A stretch of DNA of 64,000 nucleotides from Octopus vulgaris (lineage: Eukaryota). Shown in pieces: positions 23,949 through 35,510 of the stretch (position 1 is the first letter of the stretch; each line of letters opens with the position of its first letter). Where the stretch lies: contig OX597826.1 in the NCBI GenBank assembly GCA_951406725.2, positions 74,896,001 to 74,960,000 on the forward strand, given 5' to 3'. Position numbers and translations under genes: made by a program. Below the pieces are notes generated by a model. The model ran no database searches. It had not been told where the DNA came from and saw only the letters and a list, made by a program, of their open reading frames with translations.

Positions 23949-24923
23949 TTAATACCTTACATTTCAGTAACCAATTCGTCTTTCTGTTTGGAGTTACCTC
24001 CCTTAGCCAATGAAGAGTATGTGTGTGTGTATGTATGTGTGTGTGTGTATGTGTGTGTGTGTGTGTGTGTGTGCATTTAAATTAGGTCTTTTTGTTTGTT
24101 GTTTTTTCTCACTCACATGATATTTCAGGAAGGAAGGTCATACTGGGAGAATGACATGTCATGCTTGGTTGATGGCACGCTACACGTCACTTTTACACAC
24201 ACACACATCTATGCACACAGCCATGCAATTATATTCTTGATGCTTTGCCCAGATTTGCCTTCGATGGATTTTTTACTAATGCAGACCTAAACCCAATTAG
24301 GCTTGAATTACTATATTACCATATTAAATATGAACTCCATTTGTGTGTGTGTGTATGCATGCATGCGTGTGTGTGTATGTGTATATATGTACGTATGTAT
24401 ATGTGTGGGTTTATGGGTGTGTGTGCATGTGTGCTTGTGCGTATGTGTATATATGTATGTGTTTGTGTGTGAGTATGTGTGCTTGTGTGTGTGTGTATGT
24501 ATATATGTATGTATGTGTGTGTGTTTATGTGTTTGTGCATGTGTGCTTGTATGTGTATATATGTATGTATATGTGTATGTTTATGTGTGTGTGCGTTTGT
24601 ATGTGTGCTTTTGTATAAATGTGTATGTGTGTATGTATGTATGTATGTATACAGGGTGAGATGGGTAAATTGTAACCATTTTATAGTTTTAATTTCATGC
24701 ATGTGCATTGTTTTTGATATAATTTTGATATATTCAACTTCCCCAAACTCAACACGATAAACAAATAGATAATTCAGCAATTATACAGTGCTCCCACTGC
24801 AACCCTCTCTCCTTTGAAGAACTAATCCCATAAGAGTTATGTGTATTGAATACGGTGAAGGTCATACTCTTCCTCTTCAGACACCTGTGACCAAAGACAG
24901 TTCAGAAGTACCATTATTTAAGG

Positions 24924-25464
24924 CCTGTGGTTCCCAACCTTTTTATACCTATGGACCCCTTTGATTCCTATTTTACTCAGGAGTAGGGGTACCCCCATAG
25001 CCATTCGATGTCTAAAAGCTCCTATTATATTTGTATATGGCATAGCAGGTAAGAGCACAGACTATTAACCCCAAGATTCCAAGTTTGATTCCAGGCAGTG
25101 ACCTGAATAATATTATTAATAATAATAATAATAATAATAATACTAACATCGAAAAATACCTTAGGAATGAGAACCCAGGTTTAAAATTTCCCCCAAGACA
25201 CCTGATGAAGGCTGGAGGGTATATCAGCTGAAACGTTGTGCTAACAACAAATAAGATGAGGATAAATATCCATCAAATGCAAATAATGTACATAATTCCT
25301 CATCTCTTAAATATAGAACTGTATTATTAGAAGTTGTATTAAAAAATTGTTTAAACATTTTGTGTTTTGTAGAAATACAACCTGTTTATTGCACATAAAT
25401 TTCAACAACTAAATCTTATGTGAACCCCACCAAGGGTCATATGGGTCTCATTCGAGAACCACTG
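24924..25464 (+). mobile_element. hAT-type MITE containing hammerhead element copy C
   Basis: TIR ctgtggttcccaa / tcgagaaccactg; exact 8-bp TSD atttaagg at 24916-24923 and 25465-25472. Confidence 0.8.
25035..25322 (+). mobile_element. Hammerhead element copy C, full length, nested in a hAT MITE
   Basis: Head ggcatagcaggtaagagc...aagtttgattcc, (AAT)n, CTGATGA...cagctGAAAcgttgtgct at about 25197-25242. Confidence 0.8.
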
Positions 25465-26259
25465 ATTTAAGGAATAAAAAGTATATGTTTGCTGTTTCAT
25501 GGCCAAGTAGATCAGTACCTGTAGTTTTAGCAGGTGCTATTTAGATAAAAGTAATATCTGATTTCACATCACCTGAACAAAGTCTGATGGCAAATCACCT
25601 GAACATGTGTAGTTATCAACAATGGCTTTTATAGTTCAATAGCTATTGTTGTTAGAAGGACGGGGTTAGAATAAAACATAAAAGGGATGAGGGGTGAGAG
25701 AGGAGGAGAAAGGAAAAAAATAGCAGATGTACAGTTGACAACAACCACGTCAAACCCCAACAGCCCAGTTGCTGACATAGTGTGCGAAGCCGTTCTTGTT
25801 GTGTTCTTTAACCCCAGGTCAGCTTTGATTGCACAAAGACAATCCTGCCATGACCATAGTTTTTCCATGTATATCGTAGCACAGATTACATTATCATGAA
25901 AGCAAGTGGGTCAGTGGTTAGGGTTTTCAGCTCAAGACTGTAAGGCCATGAGTTCAATTCCTGGTGGGGCTTGGTGTCCTTGAGCAAGACACTTTATTTC
26001 ACACTACTTCAGTCTACTCAGCTGCAAAAATGAGTTGTATCTGTAATTCAGAGGAGGGGGGGCAGCCTTGTCACATTCTGTATCATGCTGGATCCCTCTG
26101 ACAGTTATGTTAAGGGTACGCATGTTTGTGGGGGTGCCCAGTCACTTGCATGTTATTTTCACAAGCAAGCTGTTCCATTGATTGAATCGACTGGAACCCT
26201 TGTCGTTATAACCGACAGAGTGACAGTTATACATCATAACAAAGGTTATTACAAAAGGA

Positions 26260-26640
26260 CCGAGAGATCAATGGCATGAAAAAATTGGATAAACGGAGGG
26301 CCGAGGACTTGATGGAGATGCTGGGGTTGGAGGAATCGGAGGAACAGCTGGCATGGGCGAATGGAGTGTGGTAGTATGGACATGTGTTGAGGAGGAATGA
26401 GGATCAGGTTCTGAGCAGAGTGCTTGAGTTTAAAGTGAATGAACCACGAAAACGAAGTTGACCAAAGAAAACTTGGAGGGAACAGGTGAAGGAGGAGATT
26501 TGGAGGGTTGGCTTGAGGAGGGAGGATGCCCAAAACCTGGCAAGATGGCAAGACAGTGTGAGAGCAGTTGCTGTAAGAGTGAGGTAGATCCGGCCACCCT
26601 CGTTAACGGGGACAAACCCAGATTTGAAATATTGGAATTC
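26260..26640 (+). mobile_element. Degraded RTE-like LINE 3' fragment
   Basis: Translates with breaks to ...YGHVLRRNEDQVLSRVLEFKV...PKKTWREQV; tail gatccggccaccctcgttaacggggacaaacccagatt also seen near 47390-47440. Confidence 0.7.
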
Positions 26641-27000
26641 ATTCATTCAAAACATTATTATAGATGGCAGATATAGAGAACAAGGTTTTTTTTACAATAA
26701 GCAAATATACAGAACAAGGCTTATCAATAGGCATTTATTATAAAGAACAAGGTTTATTACAATAGGCAGTTACACTGAAGCAGGCTTATAAATAGGCAGT
26801 TGTAAAGACAAGGTCTTTGTCTTTCAATAGACAGTTATACTGAATAAGGCTTGTTGTAGTAGAGAGCTGCATAGTATGGGAATATGTGCCCTAGAAGAAA
26901 AATTCAGTACAAAGTTAACACAAGAAACTATATGAGCTTTTCGTCAATAAACATAAAGCTTGAAATTTTGGCAAAGGGGCTGGTCTATTACATCAATCCT

Positions 27001-27785
27001 AATTATTTACATTATTTACATTTGACATTATTTACATTATTTACATTTGTTTTCATCTTGTTTGTTGTTAACACAACGTTCCGGCTGATACACCCTTCAG
27101 CCTTCATCAGGTGTCTTGGGGAAATTTCAAACCTGGCATAGTGGTTAAGAGCACGGGCTACTAATCCCAAGATTCCGAGTTCAATTCCAAGCAGTGACTG
27201 AATAATAATAATAATAATAATAACATTGAAAAATACCTTAGGAATGAGAACCCAGGTTCAAAATTTCCCCAAAACACCTGATGAAGGCCGGAGGGTATAT
27301 CAGCCGAAACGTTGAGGACAAATATCCATCAAATGTAAATAATGTAAATAATTTACTAGCTTGCTTATCAACCACATGGTTCCAGGTTCAGTCCCACTGT
27401 GTGGCACCTTGGACAATTGTCTTCTACTATAGCCTCAGGCTGACCAAAGCCTTGTGAGTGGATTTGGTAGACGGATACTAAAAGAAGCCCATTGTATATA
27501 TGTATATATATACATGTGTGTGTGTGTGTGTGTGTATGTGTTTGTGTCTGTGTTTGTCACCCCAACATTGCTTGACAACCAATGCTGGTGTGTTTATGTC
27601 CCCATAACTTAGCGGTTCAGCAAAAGAGAATGATAGAATAAGTACTAGGCTTGACTTGTACTTAGAATAAGTTTCAGGGTTGATTTGCTCAACTAAAGGC
27701 AGTGCTCCAGTATGGCCACAACCAAATGACTGAAACAAGTAAAAGAGTAAAAGAGTAAATTCCTCATCTCTTAAATATAGAACTG
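27001..27785. mobile_element. Hammerhead element: inverted 3' half (27001-27135, minus) joined to a full copy (27136-27785, plus) interrupted by a CORE-like SINE (about 27355-27757)
   Basis: ttcatcaggtgtc on the plus strand at 27103-27115 (minus-strand core); head ggcatagtggttaagagc at 27136; second core at 27278; 3' end resumes at 27758. Confidence 0.8.
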
Positions 27786-28449
27786 GATCAATCCCAATGT
27801 TCAATCGGTGTATATTTCACTAGCCCCAGAAGGATGAAAAAACAAAGTTGAGCTTGGAGGAATTTGAACCAAGACAGATGAAATGCTGCTAAGCATCATG
27901 CCTCTCATGCTAATGATTCTGACAGCTCACCATCTTAGAAACTACATAATTAATGATTCAGAGATGCCATCTGCATGAAAAACAAAGGTCTCGTTAGTGT
28001 GACCATATTTAATGAATATAATATTATATATTCTAAATAACAATGAATGTGGTGAGATTGAAAAAAAACAGAATCTGTGTCAACAATTAATAAATATTTT
28101 TTTTTGCAGTAAGTATGGAAGATAATTCCAGGACATGCTCAAACCTTGAAATATTTCATTTTCCCCCTTACACCAACAATTGTACATTCTTTACCCAGAG
28201 ATTCTTTCATTGCTAATACAGCAAACACACTGAAGGTTATGCCTTGCTGATGGGGTCATAATAAGACTGAAACATGTTTAGACTTATCTCCAGTATATGC
28301 CAAGAAACAAAATGAAAATAGTATTAGCCAATGAAAAATATTGTTTTCCACATTCTGTAAAATTATTTCCAATAAATTACTGAATGTTTCCTTCACTAAA
28401 TTCGTTAACCTCAACTTAACCCTAGACTAACTTTTACAATAATACACTG

Positions 28450-29670
28450 CTACATAAGGCAAGTGTTGTTATGACAGAAAGTTATATAAGGTGAGGTTTT
28501 ATCAAAATAAGTAAATACATAAGTTAAGTGTAGTCATAAATGATAGCTATATAAGGCAAGTTATGTCAAAATAGGCAGCTATATAAGGCAAGTTATACCG
28601 AAATGGGCAGCCATATAAGTAAGGTAGGTTATGCTGAAATAGGTGGCCATATGAGGCAGGTTATGCCGAAATAGGCAGTCATATAACTAAGGCAGGTTAT
28701 ACCAACATGGGCGGCAATATAAGGCAGGTTATGCCAAAATAAGCAGCCATATAAGGCAGGTCACTCCAAAACAGGTGGCCATATAAGGCGGGTCATGCCG
28801 AAGTAGACAGCCATATAAGGCAAGTCACGTCAAAACAAGCCGTCATATGAGGCGAGTCACGTCAAAACAGGCAGCCATATAAGGCAAATCACGTCGAAAC
28901 AGGCTGCAATATAAGGCAAGTCACGTCGAAACAGGCAGCCATATAAGGCGAGTCCTGTCAAAACAGGCGACCAGATAAGGCGAGTCACGTCGAAACTGGG
29001 AGCAATACAAGGCAAGTCACATCAAAACAAGCAGTAATATAAGGCAAGTCACGTCGAAACAGGCAGCCATATAAGGTGAGTCCTGTCAAAACAGGCGACC
29101 ATATAAGGCGAGTCACGTCGAAACTGGGAGCAATACAAGGCAAGTCACCTCAAAATAAGCAGTAATATAAGGCAAGTCATGTCGAAACAGGCAGCCATAT
29201 AAGGTGAGTCCTGTCAAAACAGGCAGCCATATAAGGCGAGTCACGTCGAAACTGGGAGCAATACAAGGCAAGTCACGTCGAAGCAAGCAGTAATATAAGG
29301 CGAGTCACGTCAAACCAGGCGGTCACATAAGGCGAGTCACGTCGAAACATGTGGCCATATAAGGCGAGTCATGTCGAAACAGGTGGCCATATAAGGCGAG
29401 TCACGTCGAAAATAGCAGTAATATAAGGCGAGTCACATCAAACCAGGCGGTCATATAAGGCGAGTCACGTTGAAACATGTGGCCATATAAGGCGAGTTGC
29501 GTCGAAAATAGCAGCAATATAAGGCGAATCACATCAAAACAGGCGGCGATATAAGGGGAGTCACCTCAAAACAGACAGCAATATAAGGCGAGTCATGTCG
29601 AAACAGGTGGTAATATCCGGCAGCTATATAAGTTTTATCAAAATATGCAGCTACACGAGGCAAGTTTTTA
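28450..29670. repeat. 32-bp CpG-rich minisatellite with a 128-bp higher-order period
   Basis: Unit atataaggcgagtcacgtcgaaacaggcagcc; variant gtcctgtcaaaacagg recurs at 28952, 29080 and 29208. Confidence 0.93.
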
Positions 29671-30375
29671 AACATGATAAACATCCACAAAATAAAACAA
29701 CCAAATTATGATTCTGAATTGTATTTCAGGTCATTGAACCAAGCAATCATAAAAGAACTGCTGCTGTTGCTATTGCTGCTGTTGCTGTTGCTGCTGCTGG
29801 TGCTGCACTATGTTCACTCCCACCCGTCCTACACATCACTCCATGGTTAATGTCATATGTGATATGAGGTTGTTGTGACATCTGTAAGCCATATAAGCTG
29901 AGAGAAAGCAAGTGCATGTTCAAGTTAAATCTGTAAACAAACACAGAATTCTAAAAAAAAAATCTGTCTGGGAAACAAGAAAGAATCCAAAAACTAAGTG
30001 AAATATCGACAACTGGTTAAGTTGCTGTTAGATAAGAATTCGAAATTATCCATCTGGGGATCACACACACACACAGACACACACACATGAATACAAGGAA
30101 CAGGGTAAGAGGTTTGTGATTGGAAAAAGAGTAAACAATCTGCCAAAAGACTTGCAAGAAGATAGACAGAAAAGCAAACAGACACACAGGCTAGCAGGCA
30201 GGCAGGCAGAGTTATGATAGCTGACTGATGGTTGAAGAATAAAGGTGATGGCTTATGCTAAGCAGAATTATCAATATTGAATTAGTGGCTTTCATAAGTG
30301 AACAGTGTAATAGATATTTTATTGAACAACAGCAATGATGATAGATCACAAAATGTCTACGACACAGACACCAGG

Positions 30376-30427
<52 letters not shown>

Positions 30428-30475
30428 CATACACAAACATACACACACATACAAACTTGCTGCTAGGTGTATATA

Positions 30476-30537
<62 letters not shown>

Positions 30538-30773
30538 TATATATATGTGTATACACACACACATAGAATGTGGCAGTTTACAGGCAATACACATGTGTTT
30601 ATGACAGGTGATGTATACATTATCATTGTGACAGGTTGGTACACATTGCCCTGCTGACAGACAGGCATACAGGCTCTGTACTTCTGACTAATAGGAATGG
30701 TAACTGCATAGACAGTCATTGTCATAGAAACAGGAACTCCCCCTCTCTTTCTCTCTCTCTCTCTTTCTCTTTC

Positions 30774-30836
<63 letters not shown>

Positions 30837-30904
30837 ATCCAGAATTAAGCTAGTCAACATGGAATGAAAAGAATTATGCATGACTGCAAATGGAAAATAA
30901 TAGT

Positions 30905-31273
30905 AACAAGAGCACCCAGAGAGCGCAAGCCTCTGCCAAGGCAACGCCAATATCCTCTCAATGATTAGCAAGAGATGATTTTTAAAATGAGAATATCTGA
31001 AATAAACTCGACTTCTCTCACAAACGAGAATACTAAAAATGAACCCGACTGCTTTCAAAAATTAAGTAAAACAACCGGAAAAATAATCCAGAATCCTGGT
31101 TTGGTACTGGATTGATCCCAAAATCTAATCATTTTGTGTCAATCACGAGGCCAAACATCCCTGAAAGTTTCATCGAAATCCATCCAGCAGTTCTTGAGAT
31201 ATCTTGTCCATGGACAAACAAACAAACGCAACTGAAAACAATACCTCCACCATCACTAAGGTGGAAGTAAAAA
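30905..31273 (-). mobile_element. Helentron-type non-autonomous element (HINE-like)
   Basis: One end aacaagag..., other end has hairpin acctccacc...ggtggaagt followed by an A run; short (aaac)n repeat inside. Confidence 0.5.
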
Positions 31274-32488
31274 TTACCATTGTTCATACATTCAAATATG
31301 CATTTATGTATGTGTAGTGGCTAAGCGGTGGTTCCACACTCTTCAAAAAATCCTGGAATTCCTGAAGCAGAGCCCATACCAGATGCAGTTTAGAGTCATA
31401 GAAGAGCTGAGCAATGTGAGATGAAGTGCTTTCCAGAAAAACACAATGCATTGCCCCAGGGAAGGAATCAAGCCTACGATCTCACATTTGGGTGTGAAAC
31501 ACCCTAACCATTAGGCCACGTGCCCTCACATCATAATCCTTTCTTTTATAGGTACAGGGCCTGAAATTCTGGTAGAGGTGGGGCTAGCCGATTCTTATTT
31601 CTTTGTTGCCCATAAGGGGCTAAACATAGAGGGGACAAACAAGGACAGACAAATGGATTAAGTCGATTACATTGACCCCAGTGCGTAAATGGTACTTAAT
31701 TTATTGACCCCGAAAGGAGAAAAGGCAAAGTCGACCTCGGCGGAATTTGAATTCAGAACGTAGCGGCACAAGAAATATCTATTTCTTTACTACCCACAAG
31801 GGGCTAAACACAGAAGGGACAAACAAGGACAGACAAACAGATTAAGTCCATTATATCGACCCCCGTGCATAACTGGTACTTTTTAATCGACCCTGAAAGG
31901 ATGAAAGGCAAAGTCACCCTCGGCAGTATTTGAACTCAGAATGTAAAGACAGATGAAATACCGCTAAGCATCTCGCCCGGCATGCTAACGATTCTGCCAG
32001 CTCACTTCCTTACGCCCTCACATCATAATGATAACCATTATAATAATCAACACTGGGCCTGATGAAGCCTACTGGGCCTGATGAAGCCTTCTGGCTTCAC
32101 AGACCCCAGTAGAACCGTCCAACCCATGCTAGCATGGAAAACGGACGCTAAACGATGATGATGATGATGATGAACACCTTTGTCATCACAACCATCACCA
32201 TCGGCACCAAAACAACCATCACCATTGCTGTCATGTTTAAAGTAAACATCAGACACAAAATAAAATCTTTATTTTTTTGGTTTTTGTTTTTAGATGTTAC
32301 TTGACATTTTCAGTTCTTCTCAAATATTGCTTCTCCTCTCTCTCTCTCTCTTTCTCTCTCTTTCCTCTGTCATTTACCTGCCTCCCTTCCTCTCTCTCTC
32401 TCTCTGTCTTTGTCCATGTCTGACATTTGACTGATACAGACACTACAACTGGCAGCTTGCCTGGGGACTGAACTCACAGAAGCAGTAA

Positions 32489-32535
<47 letters not shown>

Positions 32536-32576
32536 TAATAATAACAGTAGTGGTGGTGGTGGTGGTGGTGGTAATG

Positions 32577-32619
<43 letters not shown>

Positions 32620-32668
32620 AAGTAGTAGCGGTGGTGGTGGTGGTGGTGGTGATGGTGATGGTGGTAAA

Positions 32669-32706
<38 letters not shown>

Positions 32707-33421
32707 GCAATCCAGTGAGTGTGTTGGTATTATGCATGTTACAGAAGTTTAGTTATCACAGAGAGAGAGAGAGAGAGACAGTATAGCATAGCAATCACGA
32801 AAGCCATTGAGTACATCTGACAGAGAACACCAAGTATGTGATACGTAGAGAGTTACTCGGAGACAGTGTCTTATGTGTTGTTATCACACAAGTCGCCTGG
32901 TGTGTACAACCATCACACAGACAGCGCAATGTAGTTACCACATAGAAAGCCCAGTGTGTATAATTATTACACAACTATTCCAGTGTGAAGGTGCATGGCT
33001 CAGTGATTACAATAATAAGGTAGTGAGTTCAATTCTTGGACCGGGCTGTGTGTTGTGTTCTTGAGCAAGACACTTTATTTCACGTTGCTCCAGTTCACTC
33101 AATCTATAGAAATGAGTTGTGGTGTCACTGGTGCCATGCTGTATCGGCCCCTTTGCCTTTCCCTTGGATAACATCGGTGGCATGGAGAGGGGAGGCTGGT
33201 ATGCATGGGTGACAGATGGTTTTCCATAAAACAACCTTGCTCAGATTCGTCCCTTATAGGGTAACTTCCCAGGTGCAGTTCCATGGTCCTTCATGACCAA
33301 AGGGGGTCTTTACCCTTTTATTCCAGTGTGTATAGTTATCACATGGACAGTTCAACATGTAGAGTTATCACTCAAACACCCCATCATGTGGTGTTATCAC
33401 ACAGACAGCAAAGTATATAAT

Positions 33422-34662
33422 CAGGGGTTGGACAAAATAATGGAAGCACCTCGCATCATAGCATCATAATTTTGAAATATATATATAAACCATCAAAAAC
33501 TTGTTTATTTTTATGTTTTTTTTTATTTATTATTAATGTTGCTTAATATATTATGCTAAAATTGCTGTTTATTTTCACTTATCTTCAGAAAAAAGCAATT
33601 AAAATTCATTAAAATGACAGATCTATCGGACTTTCAAAGAGGTGGAATTGTTGGTGCTCATATGGCAAGTGCTAGCATAATGAAAACAGCCGAAATGTTT
33701 GGTGTATCAAGAATTACTGTCTCAAAAGTAATGACAACCTTGGAGAAAACTCCAGAAGAAAACCAAAACTTTCAGATAGGGACCTTCGGACTCTTATGCG
33801 AATTGTTAGAAAGGATCACAAAAGTATGGCTCCCAAAATTACTACAGAGATTAATGATCACCTAGAGAACCCAGTTTCCACAAAAACTGTTTGCCAGAAG
33901 CTGCGCAAAGCCAGATTTCATGGGAGGGCTGCAATCAGAAAACCACTACTTTCTAAAACAAACATTGCAAAGCGTTTTGAGTGGAGTAAAAACCTACAGA
34001 ATTGGTCCCTAGAGCAGTGGAAGAATATTATTTTCTCGGACAAGTCATCCTTATTTCCAACAACTGGCCAAGTATACATGTGGAGATAGCTAAAAGAAGC
34101 ATTTGACCCAGACTGCCTTCTTCCAACTGTTAAACATAGAGGAGGATCTGTGATGATCTGGGGGCTATATCTTGGAAATCCACCGGCCCAATGGTTTCCC
34201 TTCATGGCAGAATTAATAGTCAAGACTATTTAAGCATTTTACCAGATCAAATTCATCCTATATTTGTGCAACTGTTTCCAGAGGGAAACACAATCTTTCA
34301 GGATGATAATACACCAAACCACACAGCTAAAGTCATTACTGAATGGCACAAGGAACATTCTAGTGAAGTTGAACATCTTATCTGGCCACCACAGTCCCCA
34401 AATCTCAGTGTTATTGAATGTTTATGGTGCATTTTAGAAAAACAAGTAAGGAGTTGATATCCTCCACCATCATCACTACAAGAGCTAGAGACTGTTTTAG
34501 CTGAAGAATGGACAAAAATTCCTTTGGAAAGAATTCAAACTTTGTACAAATCCATACCTCATAGAACTCAAGCTGTAATTACTGCCAAAGGCAGTACTAC
34601 CACATATTAAGATAAATTTGTTTGAAATTTTAAGGTGTTTCCATTATTTTGTCCAACCCCTG
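33422..34662 (+). mobile_element. Tc1-family DNA transposon, full length, transposase broken by frameshifts and stops (about 33614-34609)
   Basis: TIR CAGGGGTTGGACAAAATAATGGAA at both ends, TA on the right; HTH MTDLSDFQRGGIVG; DD34E-like motifs IIFSDKS, FQDDNTPNH, WPPQSPNLSVIECLW. Confidence 0.93.
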
Positions 34663-34904
34663 TAGTTAACACATAGAAAGCTCAATGTAAATACAGCTAT
34701 CGACACAGAAAGTTCAGAATGTATAGTTGTCACACAAACATTACAGTGTGTATAGCTATCACACAGACAGCAATGGGTGTATAATTACCACATAGGCAGT
34801 CCTGTGTATGTTGTTATCACATAGAAAACAGAATGGTAACAATTACCATAGACATCTCAGTGTATGCTGTTATCACACAGGCAATAGAAAGTATACAATT
34901 ATCA

Positions 34905-35510
34905 CCAAGCCATAACAGAGGAATTCAAATCAGGAGGCCCATGGGAACTACTATATGCTGGTGACCTTGCTCATATTGCAGAATCTGAAGCAGAATTGGA
35001 GAAGAAATTCCAGGTATGGAAGCAAAACCCGGAACCAAAGGGCCTTAAAGTTAACATAGCAAGGACCAAAATTGTTAGTAAGAATGCGGATAAAACTCTA
35101 TTCCCATCAGGGAAATGTCCCTGCTCAGTATGTAGAAAAGGGGTTGGAAGTAATTCCATTCAATGCATCCAAGGTAAGCTATGAATATATAAGAGGTGTA
35201 GTGGAATCACAAGTAGATTAACAGATAAAGTTGTGTTTGTATGTGGCAAATGTACAGGACCAGTAAGTACTAAGGACAGATGCAGCGTGCAAGAAAGAAG
35301 ACTACATTGGTTTGGACATGTGATACGTGAGAATGAAGACAATTGTATAAAGAAGAGTTGATCACTGAGAGTGGATGGCACCTGTGGGAGACTGGGACCT
35401 AGGAGACATGAAGTGGTGAGGACCGATCTCGGGATGTTGGGCCTCATGGAGGAGATGATAATATACCGAGATGTCTGGTGAGATAAGGTTTTTGGAAAGA
35501 CCTGCTCACT
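34905..35510 (+). mobile_element. Degraded RTE LINE fragment, same family as 16126-19910
   Basis: PWELLYAGDLA..., GKCPCSVCRKGVGSNSIQC, RRLHWFGHV; contains stops and a deletion. Confidence 0.85.

Noticed and set aside
23961-23983. Short KDELVTE segment with a gtaagg donor as an upstream MOSPD2 exon
   Set aside because: Ends in the wrong phase for the 20422 acceptor and lies in repeat-like sequence beside a MITE
27136-27198. Functional tRNA gene
   Set aside because: Has A and B boxes but no proper acceptor stem; repeated as the head of a dispersed element
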